A stretch of 64,000 nucleotides of DNA, from the NCBI GenBank assembly GCA_030053935.1, contig JASGCU010000001.1, forward strand, positions 14,738 through 78,737, in the 5' to 3' direction. This DNA is from Chitinophagaceae bacterium (GTDB taxonomy: Bacteria > Bacteroidota > Bacteroidia > Cytophagales > JASGCU01). The number at the start of each line of letters is the position of its first letter. The stretch's first letter is position 1. The position numbers were made by a program, and so were the translations under genes. Below are positions 33,001 through 33,193 of this stretch, piece by piece. The notes beneath the pieces were generated by a model, which ran no database searches, was not told the DNA's origin, and saw only the letters and a program-made list of their open reading frames with translations.

Positions 33001-33151
33001 TCTTAGCACAATTAGAAATAACTTCATATCTTTTACCCACCGGTGCAGGAGAAACAATACTGACAGTACACTGAGCACTTGATTTATATGTATATAATGA
33101 TATCCCTACTACTACTGCTACTACTAATTTTATGTGTGTGTTAAAATTCAT
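1..33151 (-). CDS. Giant secreted multidomain lectin/adhesin-like protein; N-terminus at 33151, 3' end runs off the window (>=11,050 codons visible)
   Basis: ATG at 33151-33149 with an in-frame TAA two codons upstream. Hand translation starts MNFNTHIKLVVAVVVGISLYTYKSSAQC. The frame (codon low coordinate = 2 mod 3) is shared by the ATG, by the last full codon at 2-4, and by the Trp codon of all 12 LWLDG motifs (low coordinates 32438, 29495, 27725, 25250, 23564, 21065, 19385, 16565, 14861, 9071, 7100, 5147). Hand-translated stretches (33151-30750, 30790-29460, near 20000, near 10000, 7100-5150, near 4260, 2760-2380, 1200-1) contain no stop. The ORF track lists no minus ORF in this frame, consistent with the caller dropping edge-truncated ORFs. 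Confidence 0.9.
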   Translation of the reverse strand, partial: MNFNTHIKLVVAVVVGISLYTYKSSAQCTVSIVSPAPVGKRYEVISNCAKNWASASSDAVSRGGRLLEINSSAEYDTIRTYLQSITTSSYPTANDGGGVRYVWTGGRRGTSTNQGNFYWDGRNISSTTSQFWQGNVSGNRGSTFNSVYQNFGNQEPDNYTDATYSPSGQKSVAIGLAGWPAANPGGNGNAYQWNDLNDADILNYIVEYPLNNNLLITTGILSPAGVGSTGSSGNLILWLDGRDINGNGTNPTVNSSVQTWTDKSGRRNNATQSTPANQATFISLTNNGGGLLFDGSNDNYPMGTSGLPTGTSARSLFIVAHTNDISTSGYRHILAYADNVGSASKNFGFGKTSANKVGFFGWANDVNPDNANTDIHLFHANMVSGTAKYNFDNDVRSDATGLNTGSGVFRLGNNRAGTEHWQGSIREAILYNRIVNGAEQNIIANYLSAKYNFSITNDFYTMDNPGNGNLDFNVAGIGRAGSATDTLRISRGTGIVTISSAGISNTNSYFLWGDNNLSTTINTNRNVRIRDTGYFLMERRYGFNNINNIGQITISFEVPNPSAAYRLLISSAIDTSFTTLPQNIVAIKPSIVGTSRISFVYNPSITTGVFVLSQSLLKQSITFPAIISKAITDNPFLVGATTDSFLPLTYSSSNTYVASIQSDTIAINGAGTTVIKVSQSGNTQYDSASVSQILRVDKLPQTISFTNISPKTFGDTPFLFTASTNSGLALSYYSSDTKIAIYTSGSITILQSGSTSITVFQSGNSIYDTASVSQTLFVSKQQQNIVWNPPSQKTYGDPNFFVSYTNSSPLSLAFSSSNTNIVQCVNGINQIKITGVGSVTITAYNYGDINYIMKDTTFSLTVVKGNQSISLPQLRDRSTSEGIFLMDATSTSGLPISYSSSDPSVASINGASITITSVGTCTITAIQTGNSNYNPALSVSRTLRVVNNTVQVITFDNETTNSKIYGANKNIFALKYTANSTLLISFSSSSTIAQIFSSLGKDSIRILSTGSTFITAFNSGDATYNPLNQSFLLYIDKGRQTVLFSIDPTTYGASPLVVPQNSDVNLPLIYSTSNTRVISINGNTLTLIGAGEALITAYNTGNIGYYPVEYSQNLSVSQKTLHIFPVVGSDHLLGHAGPIETFTYSGFVTGDNQNNSLSRLPTPNFALVDTFRIGTYTLQVDTTGLRSSKYSIVIENTTYRVVEGNTTIGGTSLENLVLWLDGRDIHGNGNAVIPYSSVSQWRDKSGRGNHAMIHSSGLGSTLADPLGGFYFDRTNQEYFEVPSLQGFSSGERTIIAVLKNNITSGDEVALSYGVPQSGNGFFLGKNNSNNYFTGAYSGTDINTSIAANTFEILSLTEDGNNNGTDIKIGDSFSSGYENYGFNTSVNSPFRIGAEIGTAQKFWNGNIYEVLFFNTVLRQIDYNILLNNLSAKYNTLLTSKDFYILDNLNRGNFDYNVAGIGIDTDGETLITSKGTGILRVSVPLVSGDEKYFIWGDNNENATIPNSTTNIDGKSYYIMHKKYGFQQYKANSSEIFHNFTFHFSIPNLDTTYRLIISKNQNFENANILKPITVSNNQIVFSTSINSIDTGYFVLGKYSTISVAQSSTGTTTNIGNVNNTFHNISFSSLPHRTYGNASFRLTGSVSSEIPILFSSSNTAIASVFGDSIRINGAGTTHITAYVNTNDFFVPVTHTLRVFRQSLNILVDNKQKIQTNPNPLFTYSYNGFVNNDLFVNILYTPTLFTTPANPNVNGNYTISVDTTTNGGWTANVPNYKLTSITTGTLEVLLPTPTVTNGPAGVDITGSTSNLILWLDGRDINGNGINPAASSSVATWTDKSGRGNNATQSTSANQATFISPANNGGGLLFDGSNDNYPMGTSGLPTGTSARSLFIVAHTNDISTSGYRHILAYGDNAGTGNKNFGFGKTSTSRLGFFGWGNDVFPDNANTNIHLFHANMVSGTAKYNFDNGVRSDATGLNTGSGVFRLGNNRIGGEYWQGSIREAILYNRIVNGAEQNIIANYLSAKYNFSITNDLYSMDDAVRGNFDFQVAGIGKDASGNQTSLSVQTHRSILRITKTQDIPSNGTYFIWGENNTADSTFTNTPTTVIGTLYENRLVKTYAFHQTGSIGNMNLLFTIRNTHAGYRLVLSADSTFSTTPLVLSPTNITSTTIEFQNINVGNRTSGYFTLVRNKAVQSLTFSNIISQKTYGDKNIKLSITGTVSGIPLLFSSSNTSVVSIISPDSLRIQGSGIASVTAYHTGNASYSSQNVTQTITVVKANQTIDFGTVPILSILHRSFYNVKPTASSRLPIQYTLDFLPMIARIVNSNDSIIITGTPPATTTITAQQTGNANYNPADPITQTLIITSKYLSTVTFSGITNHTFGDDPFRINGKANTSDGKVFPVLYSSSNTNIAQVITTQIDTTIKINEGGTVTITAYYPENTNYLSSSTTRILNITKNTQYITFLGINNKVYGDSPFILIASTSSGLPVYFSSSSTLISIHSNTLSIRGAGNNIPITAYQSGANQYSPAYPIIRYFSIDKAPLTIKADDKTITSIPNNSLFTVSYSGFKYSDGEEIIYPKPLVTTTIPVTTNGSYQIDVNIPNNLSSQNYFFIIQSGTLNFVNPNGPAGIGSSQDLVLWLDGKDIFGTGENPSASTPVYQWKDKSNKNNNATQTNQVPLFAGSNGNEGGFLFNGSTNFYEFGSNAIPVSNQNRTILIALKNTNIKKITSSQYALAYGTNTSNNLVGLGIDTSQNLSFFGGGTTSIVSSIKLATPQIAIWKMNNGNGSFINTSQNINTSLFLTLPNSMYRLGVLDNTIPNQFFRGQIYEVLIYNRALNSTEQNILQEYISAKYNTEAPLQNIYTMDEPSNGNFDFHVAGIGAENDGIVLSAKGTSIAHITSRDLLSPNSYFIWGDNNLSTDFSNISVTKNSQTTHFLSTHKQFAFSNKNGSKNISFQFYIPNLNSQYLLLISSQKDLSNYDTITPTSFNSTSITYNATVSLPTGYFTIIKVLKPQSIQFSLSSQQTYGNQVVLNASATSGLPISYVSQQTNVVRINQNNFYMVGVGTSTISLIQSGNENYFPTTINIVITVEKALLTVTPDNKTKYVNTSNPSLTISYSGFVWNDNVYSLGIQRPNLTTTANTNSSIGTYPITFIDTSGLNNASTLAYRYTYNPSGTLTITSNTNGPGGIGSVLSNNDLVLWLDGRDINGNATNPSNGVSVSTWTDKSGRGNNATQSTSANQATFISLANNGGGLLFDGSNDNYPMGNSGLPTGTSARSLFIVAHTNDINESVYRWLNAYGGVSAQSQHFGFGKYPTSLGFIGWQNDHATDNANINNHLFQANMSNTVAGDIIYNFDNAYRTALSNFNTGTTTFRLGNNVWGTEFWKGSIREFILYNREVNTVEQNIIANYLSAKYNFSITNDLYSMDDVVRGNFDFHVAGIGRNSATEIVTNTKGSGILLVSVPQITNNGYFIWGENDRSTNIDNTQKTIISNIPYALMNKKYGFNQTTYMGEITFVFYVNNTNPNNYKLLLYPNSTDTTFSSNNVVVIEPNIQNSNIYQIEYKINTTASSGIFALAKPIIPQTITFSPIASRQYGSGSIPLHASASSGLPVSYSISSIPASGVTSLIGNTLTLLGIGQVTVTATQSGRPDTAAASPVSRIFLINKANQSLTFPLTTIYRNASNTAPYTLISTTNAGLPITYSTSATNLVLISGSTVLFKGIAGTATIIAYQPGNANYSQLTPHTALIININNLIIPPITFGGNQLNSITYSANILPVKLTAASIIPSSLPVFYSSSNPQVATIHGTTIDTMKIIGGGTTIITAYYETNGIDYSSNSNSVVFTVHKRTQTYNLASHNINMMYGDTPIPLNITTSAGLPVSFSSNNTSVVFIQNNSIQTNGSGIATVTVSNTGNAVYEAIPPVTIGIQVVKTNLVAKAEDISINKGTTPKYIISFTGFKNNDNILTLGNINIPFATVNSPVDISQNGQYTIDVNSNNFYSNKYNITPVSGILTLSFPNGPAGIGTLGTYNDVVLWLDGREILKNASLLSTYIVQWSDKSGRNNHAIQNNINNRGRYIMGLNEKGGILFDGNNDYYDFGNNGIPTGNNARSLFIVGKTQELFPQSTQYLFSYGDTSEASKRVSAFGIKNNGTQNNFVFFNGNNYTDFAELDDSDHLFKGIAHNNNDITVSLDNNSTNTSIINNTGNTHFRIGLKEWNGYLREALVFNRSLHTVEENIITNYLSSKYGTKLYANDLYTLDEPDSGNYDYNLAGIGKENNIEIFSSIGTGILGVEKKDAFVGSKNYFIWADNDSSSQTSGIKLLPSISYLLIPRKIAYERTGNIGTIDLTFNISQTDTSWRLFLFKDKTLQSQGLQIIKPSQATPQNITFTLNGDSIYKKGVLGIGTKGISQTLTFASILNKTYGDTDFILQTYSSNSNPITFSVSNTIVSLNNNIATIRGTGTVSITATLSGSVAYTPVSITRTFTISRKVLGITADNLNKIQGTANPTFTITYTGLGNQTINFPPIATTTAITTSPIGNYTIRLDTVSGFKNANPYYTISLTHGTLNIRSAITTNNTGPGPGGIGNRGTNTDIVLWLDGRDINANNTNPTAGTSVGTWRDKSGRGNNATGGGNFNNLISNGGGVSISSSYSGSVNGFPGGGNSRSAFVVANSTNTGIEGNTGGRAAFVYGYDGQDCFTSTAFFIGKRTSYAAGIGFSIPEPSMYGCPRLDNGFVSTAFSSTNNIIVAAIVNTSNSTPVYVANNLIGTRTRANNTNLNRSYFIGERLTPESGDIFGNAGLWQGSIREVILYNRAINHTERNIISNHLAAKYNTDEIGNNYYTMDSVGSNYDFHVIGVGRESSIDFVSRTQSPGVLSVSVPNINSAGTGTYFFCGATTDNVTPPVLATGTSTTFADNRTFNLLNSSYGFNQRRVSNTGIGNITITFRITGYNFTANDNLVITSAKAFNSGVSVTVINPSHTDIFTDSIRYNVDFGTLTSGVFTIGRETAGSTPQTVAFNNFITDHTYGEPSIQLEGQSSSGLAVSYFSRNTLVATISQNTLNINNVGTTYIHIIQNGNGTYLSVRDSVLLRVHKSSQIITFNSTDIFSTGGYTKLQAVLTAPYKNSGLPILYSSSATQIVIVRDSFRIQAPVNIVSITAYETGNTNYLPVYQITNIGIFRSYQSVNFNLNYVQKQVLPASASSGLPVVYNSSNTNIALVTGNTVQIGAGVGTVSITANVNENIYYLPFTQSQTIEIISGKQFQSITFSNIANTTFPNGFNDAVVFLNASISSGLDISYSSSDGNTSIQGNTAIISKVGTFTITAMQSGNTSFYPALSVSKTFVVTKIPQTITPIPVAALTQEYGTDPYYCNATSSAGLLLTYSSSHTNVVSFSSNIAIVRFPGIATITISQQGNDKTNPAISVTQIFTVKKANLTITVGNVTRPIGNTDKNFTLLYNGLKNNETELPLENRPTVSVNTNQYSPSGMYNVTLTSPISTKLPQNYNLILPNPAGTLTITNNYGQLAGVGNIGIDGDVSIWLDGHDINGNGNTFTPNNPVEIWKDKSGKGFDAIQTNASKQATYSANGGLLFTDGKSYQMPNIPSINRAKRSLLAVINNTDGTIGERYILSFGVSQRGGGFSLGKKDDKLAFFGSGDLKITANSTLATNHLLYAYRVISAADSALLYHDNTKVGSTFVSQTKDTLKLGSYFNGTQSWNGTIKEIILINRDINVVERNILSNHLSAKYNFLLSSQDIYTMDDTTRGNYDYNVTGIGKENNQTLLNVKGSSKVRAVYSNSDALQNNNYFIYGDNNKKDTFQETKIGTQKYHLLKRTFAYNKIGTGNDSIFFTFETNRTKIDTTYKLLLSQNDTTLSANLVSIKANRLGNDSLITYKLIPTPNSYGVFSIGKLLKKQTLTFVNIPSVKTYGDAPITNLNVSSTGLPVSTIIALDTNIVSISPPKGTAVDYTLKIKKNGTVTILGIQTGSTVYASDTIKATITIQKARLSISVDDKTRFVRVNNPILTYTYAGFKNNDIDTILAIKPTISTNATFLSPIGTYSITLDTTNSYTNPYYTFVLSKSTGTLTISDITRSPGGVGIIGNSGSDVILWLDGRDITPLQSISTWTDKSGRSNNATGTSTPTSNNRITGGVNFTSSSSHVLTLSTFNGIPLGTSNKSMFIAVKGTITNNKKVSVEYGNAATTPVAFGMGQTGGKYNYFSKTQNIADNNSPLIATDQNAVLSSTVFNKNILFSVNGNTNRISTYRADTTIATGASFRFKIGESVSTSNLARWDGTIYEIIMYNRAIGNNATSSAEQNILWNYLAAKYNTALTSNVDIYQMDNSTKGNFDYNVVGVGKEAIDSVTDARGTNSVRVNNILNIQNGEYFFWGDSSLISTTDAIGTSSVTLGNKYYQLSQKNHGFQHKGSIDSLTLNIYSQIDSLNSRYKLLIRYNNESDDSVKVISAKNNETNIDTVNNIISYRIAPKPNSFGVFTIGKEYDAQIITFDSISPKTFGMTQFKITATSNSALPVYFSSSNTNIVKIRGTNTPQDSLIIQNAGTTVITAFNTGNATVRPGYTKRTLIIKKNTPSITFNLPSSKTFGDTPIKLTASITANPSSIQDTILRVKYISSNTSIAQIIQSHTTDTLKIIGTGTVQITAYNISYTNYDSTAVIRIMTISKNRPTIILNTPDTVTFGTAPINLQTTSLLTNPSMQNNGLTISYSTSKTIAEILRNTTKKRDSIFIKGIGLFKLTARITENSNYDTASATKNIFVKKYTPTIAFSLPQKTYGDVSFPLTASISSDTLQTNTVSNNNGFAVLYSSSSTLIQIRTISGQFQKVDSIKILSAGTCLVTAYYIGDSNIISTSTQKILTIHKKQQTIPDANGIPSFVNIFLKPGVNYTIPRFTNAGLRVKYVTNPSIQGNISITKDSVVHTISLGTVTITAYNTGNQNYDSIARSQVLVVQNGNFQSISFAPLPIKTFGDRTWKLTAFSVDSTNTILPIADFPITYSSGDTTIAKIITVDSIQILKAGTVYITANQSGNNIYNPATAITRIFTIHKAGQTIQFTSIPLLYTFGDNNIPLSASASSPLSVSFRSSNTHIASIFRNNNKDSIQIRGNGIVIISAFHTGDENYILSDTIRQILTISKKSVVFSFGILPNKTIGDPTFKITTVSINPSLSLTYTSSSSIVSISNDSIHIIKSGTTIITASYNGGDNYNPASSSFNQPLVIFKKSQSIHFPNLLHKTYGDNAFLLQATSSSSLPIRFTSSHPERSLITTNNFGTPSQTDSLQITEIGTVNITASVDGTDDFYAATPEIRTFSISKANQTITLTNIPVLTYGNNNNIFTLSAITQYSHITKPTGLPLIYSSSNTLVGNIINTNHLQILSIGTTLITVTQTGNTNVSAANSVSQIVTIVPRVLSLSFATINNRTFGDNNNIITFNALSSAQLPITYSSSNTNIVFSNDSTYINTAAGVTSVNATILNAGIFTIYATHNGGNNYDPSSQTVSHTFTVSKNSQSINIAFIPQKTFEDAPFIINANLTSPNNYNASLPIIFSSANTSVLRIGADTIRILGAGTASITAIQTGNANYASATPLVYTMNILRKTLTLAFLDIRKTYGDNPFILQSTANSSLLKVVYSSHNTLIASINTDTVKIKQAGTVNITALISGDPTNYANSVSLTQILTIDTAIQTIVFPALAHKNPFDPDFIIPATTTSGLKIMFSISNTDIARFINDSTLTLVDPGTVTITATQTGNHNYKAAPPVYRTLVVNNRLSNVIDFTFPTSFVYGDGLKILNATASSSLTVTYSNANTQVIRIINNNGNFIQILSAGTTTITAIQTGNSQYNAAIPVTRTLTINKAILTVTIPNISRIYGNKTPSSNPSITYNGFKTINGITDNNSAITTTPTITYADSTLEVGTYNDSVRVSDARATNYEFYYIPSDLTITKRNLTLTPDNKTKEFNEENPLFTIQYNTINPFDSLKLSALGRLPQAHSTAIKTSPIGNYSITIDTTETKLNKNYILTLNTAPFTITPKIIHNNLVLWLDGRDINANKTNASYQIATWKDKSGKYNDATQTIFSKTPTALLSNQNDGGLIFNASEEQFYNFGSTDIPTGTNPKSVFIVTSNNTNNGNQIALSWGSTSTGNNINIGKINNNYAFFSNSQTISTNATSSNNTLLSVINNVVKINNDINNAQILSTSPAANGAYKLGNSSINGNSEYWNGNLKEVLIYNKTLNTTEDIIIQNYLSAKYNIPLTSQDIYTMDNPANGNYDYNVTGIGKTDNSNYVSEASPIDILKITNPIGLEDNEYFLAGDNDSSATLSSYNLTIQTKNYNPFKRKWAFNHIGNIDSVTLTFSANSFNGDTLKLLLNTSNVFDNTTQIINPLFYSNEKVTYKVKIGSQSNGYFTLAASRSKTAQVITYNQITQTKEYADADFIINASATGSTFTPVTIRSLDTTLLKLTMSGATGIYNAQIKGVGIVTIIAEKEGYQTYDHALPVYKTITINKARATINLTQTPIKIYGDTAFANTFNLNAFQFNGLKTGETPQNILVQYPTVKVKQGINFNAGLKLNALTIANAKANNYTFDYREGNIKIERATLIATPQSKAVVIENTIPTIPIIYQGFVNNETESNLNTKPQIQIGTPNIIGNHSITLDTTDANASISGNNYKIIPQTGTLSIVESKGPAGIGAINSSVPDITLWLDANSIDKNNANTTLSLWNDKSGQNNNAQTSRGTITFTFPNKNSPSLTFDGTSGMTFGKTNIPTKLQQRTIIAVGNTDLGTRYILSIGNSTTQKNFAIGKDAQNFYAFLSGNNYKKISSSNNTSTTDIMSVVSIPNNNTNKVSFKVGGRIHNFQADTVSIDSTSHEFLSIGYDASNNSKYWNGSINEIIIFNRTLSTVEQIILSNYLSAKYNTTLSQNNYYTQDEITNGFDYNVSGIGQEADGTITSAKGTGILKISHPLGLDVNGEYFIWGDNDSLNLFTDTLITNGARFSTIQKKWSFNQRNSAGPSANAIDSLTLTFYLTNTTTQHLLIISPNRNMTNAVEISPKNVLSDKIIFRIKPNTSTGFFTIASRANATPQRITMNIPPIYYAQGEINLNTYITSSSTTPITYISSNTQVASVNGNTLIIKKIGTISLIAQQNAVDNILAYGSAQQSITINKSSLSITIAPISRSFGTTDTISFKPSNLSINGLKTGHTYDSIDFSSPISLIPIPKTIPIGIYDTIKLSGGASSRYNFVYNTGRLTVTQATVFAKADRKTKTVYQENPLFTISYKGFITPDDQNIYTLKPTATISTTPNSIGKYPITVDTTGVNTRNKNYVIIPIHDTLYVENPNGPAGIGIVNGQETDVVLWLDGRDVSTPNPTAGTVVQTWKDKSNRNNNAIQSSTSNRGIFVGTQPNKGGIYFNGTNTYYTFGNNRIPFYQESRTLITVASDSATTNNTAYIISYGEKNNQTSFGIGKNTSDKYTLFANNNTSASSSTALNTPTITAALYNNDSLLFSINNTSPLFTRIDSTPHNIFRIGANSEITQGSLWKGTIHEIILYNRKINTVEHNILTNYLAAKYNITLTPTVDLYTLDNPALGDFDLNVAGIGKISSQEKVTEAQGTGILKIRYNSEPTNNSYFIWGDNNTGTSSFSGTRVDSVNHIYNPHRLLTRVFAYQHTGNIGELTLNFALSNLENPSKYSMIIADNKNFNNVTVINPTANSHTNQLEFVFTPSTTIGYFTIGYKVNTQTITFAITNKTYGDPSFVLNATASSLLPLKYSSSNTQIAQISGSTVIIRNAGTTSLVAYQTGNNIYDAAPPISLIFTVSQQNQNIQFTLANKTYRDAPFVIVATNSSTLPLSYSSANTKIDITGNTITILEAGTTSVTIYQTGNQNYNPASVTQNITIHRASQSITFDTTYVFGRNDTSLIFNPAITTSGLPITYSSTNTGFTIIAAGTVTLSSTARTLFASGGTVSIIANQSGNINYQAANTVTYPISINLQKSSQQITTTYPTETTIGVPFTITATSTSLLPVSFSSSNTNVSIISNTVTITAAGTSKTIQITAFETGNANYFPASITKTISINKANQTIIFTNPNVFLGDAPLKLTYTIIPSGTVSFTSSNTSVASIKGNDTLVMKGIGNTTLTATNNGNSEYTSLYNTFVIQVKPSITNGINTTVVDNTKRFAPIPSSPAEGSILLNQTSVYVNSIGTIYTAFQDGNGTAAIRTLENNEWKYVGSKSFSTASLSSITFATNISIAADSANNIYTSFQDASENNNITAMKYDGNEWNVLGNRGEIPTTGRNITTYHKGKPYIFTNTGTKLYLYFYNTSQNKWDTIRSISKDGNNIDITISEQDTAYASLIDNTGLNIYKITIQNTTTGWENIGNISTNALYTSIAVAPNGDVFVAFKETGTIQKLRVKKYSKNIWTDLGNSTFQGIAGIVWNSAGASDPSGCQSNISEKPTLVLDRDTIPHIVFRTNSPCGIGTDNLIYYSKFDINTNAWNTPIPISSGISSDASLSVNVNKEPMIASISRNFANTLRVQTIKNNIVSDVTPAPVLIKSTEHSLGIDKINNVPYLSIRKTNGSISLLKYQGQSFVDIGNAGVGTNSLMNLDNNGNPYIAYVDGTNKANLKKYNKITQTWETILNSSSLPDNINYIHFAIDKYDTLYVSFRKITDNATYIIKNKGTNWVNLGTSITNSYGKLSFDHDNIPYITVNNASSLKTYRYQNNTWISVGVVGTTLTSGNVSSPIIFGPDNIPYIAYLNNISSLITKYYNGSTWNDLGTQGFGTSSYPHILIDNEGIIYKSAIENNIPQVWIYKNNIWNTIAPSPYNLTTNHLTSTIDNTGSIFISAETGTTPNDVIQSYTYSVNKNYQTISEFYVTSPKKYTDSSFALNAQSSAHLPINYISSNTSIVKIQGTTASIVGTGKVFITATQNGNAETYKTQISIPLTIQKANQTIHYTPTTLIYSKTKYKLNTITATSYLPISQYVSHDTTIVSFIQDTLVIKGAGTVSMTVSQSGNENYNPTTQTFVITIHKANQTITNLKDTLLQYAERKKIKLTPSINSELSARYNISNSAVLEQIQN
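700..2750 (-). repeat. Beta-propeller-like region, ~12 repeats of ~55 aa, inside the giant ORF
   Basis: Hand translation shows recurring blades such as IYTAFQDGNGTAAIRTLENNEWKYVG, IYTSFQDASENNNITAMKYDGNEWNVLG, IPYITVNNASSLKTYRYQNNTWISVG and IPYIAYLNNISSLITKYYNGSTWNDLG. The pattern is (P/I)Y(I/T)A(F/Y)...(K/R)(Y/T)....W..(L/V)G. Confidence 0.5.
4515..5170 (-). repeat. LamG/ConA-like lectin domain, module 12 of 12
   Basis: Starts VVLWLDGRDVSTPN and ends LTNYLAAKYNI. Confidence 0.6.
6470..7125 (-). repeat. LamG/ConA-like lectin domain, module 11 of 12
   Basis: Starts TLWLDANSIDKNNANTTLSLWNDKSGQNNNAQ and ends ILSNYLSAKYNT. Confidence 0.6.
8450..9095 (-). repeat. LamG/ConA-like lectin domain, module 10 of 12
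   Basis: Starts VLWLDGRDINAN and ends IQNYLSAKYNI. Confidence 0.6.
9640..13690 (-). repeat. Tandem array of ~16 Ig-like repeats (~83-97 aa each) inside the giant ORF
   Basis: Unit boundaries (K-x-x-Q-T/S-I motif followed by K-T/N-F/Y-G-D-x-P-F) recur near 9640, 9890, 10140, 10385, 10660, 10950, 11225, 11505, 11755, 12015, 12300, 12575, 12880, 13160, 13440 and 13690. Each unit reads roughly Q.I.F....K.(F/Y)GD..F.L.A...SGL...Y.SS.......I.G..(I/V).I...G...I.A.Q.GN..Y..A. Confidence 0.6.
14215..14890 (-). repeat. LamG/ConA-like lectin domain, module 9 of 12
   Basis: Starts ILWLDGRDITP and ends LWNYLAAKYNT. Confidence 0.6.
15950..16590 (-). repeat. LamG/ConA-like lectin domain, module 8 of 12
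   Basis: Starts SIWLDGHDINGNG and ends LSNHLSAKYNF. Confidence 0.6.
18685..19410 (-). repeat. LamG/ConA-like lectin domain, module 7 of 12
   Basis: Starts IVLWLDGRDINANN and ends ISNHLAAKYN. Confidence 0.6.
20435..21090 (-). repeat. LamG/ConA-like lectin domain, module 6 of 12
   Basis: Starts VVLWLDGREI and ends ITNYLSSKYG. Confidence 0.6.
22882..22961 (-). repeat. 80-nt tract identical to 27046-27125 (intragenic, in-frame offset 4164 nt)
   Basis: catcgtccatactatacaaatcattcgttatagaaaaattatattttgcggatagataattggctattatattttgttct is present at both sites. Confidence 0.8.
22920..23590 (-). repeat. LamG/ConA-like lectin domain, module 5 of 12
   Basis: Starts LVLWLDGRDINGNA and ends IIANYLSAKYNF. 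Same subfamily as modules 1 and 3. Confidence 0.7.
24615..25280 (-). repeat. LamG/ConA-like lectin domain, module 4 of 12
   Basis: Starts LVLWLDGKDIFGTGENP...QWKDKSNKNNNATQ and ends LQEYISAKYNT. Confidence 0.65.
27046..27180 (-). repeat. Tract sharing 80 identical nt with 22882-22961 and 118 identical nt (27063-27180) with 31776-31893
   Basis: Direct comparison of the printed sequence. The offsets of 4164 and 4713 nt are both multiples of 3. Confidence 0.8.
27090..27750 (-). repeat. LamG/ConA-like lectin domain, module 3 of 12
   Basis: Starts LILWLDGRDINGNG and ends IIANYLSAKYNF. Shares long nucleotide-identical tracts with modules 1 and 5. Confidence 0.7.
28855..29530 (-). repeat. LamG/ConA-like lectin domain, module 2 of 12
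   Basis: Starts LVLWLDGRDIHGNGNAVIPYSSVSQWRDKSGRGNHAM and ends ILLNNLSAKYNT. Confidence 0.7.
31776..31893 (-). repeat. 118-nt tract identical to 27063-27180
   Basis: aaatcattcgttatagaaaaattatattttgcggatagataattggctattatattttgttctgccccattaactattctattatataaaatagcttctctaatagaaccttgccaat is found at both sites. High similarity continues to about 32440 and 27725. Confidence 0.8.
31800..32470 (-). repeat. LamG/ConA-like lectin domain, module 1 of 12
   Basis: Starts LILWLDGRDINGNGTNPTVNSSVQTWTDKSGRRNNATQ and ends EQNIIANYLSAKYNF. About 215 aa with the Laminin_G_3-type layout. Confidence 0.7.
32531..33034 (-). other. C-type lectin-like domain (CTLD), aa ~40-207 of the giant protein
   Basis: Hand translation gives NCAKNWASASSDAVSRGGRLLEINSSAEYDTIRTYLQS...VRYVWTGGRR...GNFYWDG...FWQG...NQEPDNY...YQWNDLNDADILNYIVEY. 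These match the CTLD hallmarks: W..A...C...GG.L..I.S..E, WIGG, F.W.DG, an EPN/QPD-type triad (here EPD), and WND. Confidence 0.65.
33071..33151 (-). other. N-terminal signal peptide of the giant protein
   Basis: MNFNTHIK then hydrophobic core LVVAVVVGISLY, then polar YKSSAQC. This is a classic n-h-c layout. Cleavage after SSA or lipidation at the Cys cannot be decided from sequence. Confidence 0.6.
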
Positions 33152-33193
33152 AAGTTATATTATATTTTTGTTTTGTTTTTTTTTATTCTCTAA

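Noticed and set aside
32531-33034. C-type lectin fold as a diversity-generating retroelement (DGR) target
   Set aside because: No reverse transcriptase, template repeat or adenine-specific VR/TR pair is visible in the window. The CTLD is N-terminal and of the canonical WIGG/WND type, not the C-terminal Mtd-like CLec variable region.
1-33151. The absence of a called ORF might mean a pseudogene, non-coding repeat DNA or an alternative genetic code
   Set aside because: The frame is open under the standard code wherever I translated it, and neighbouring genes read normally with the standard code. The right-edge accC gene is also missing from the track, which points to a caller that discards ORFs lacking an in-window stop.
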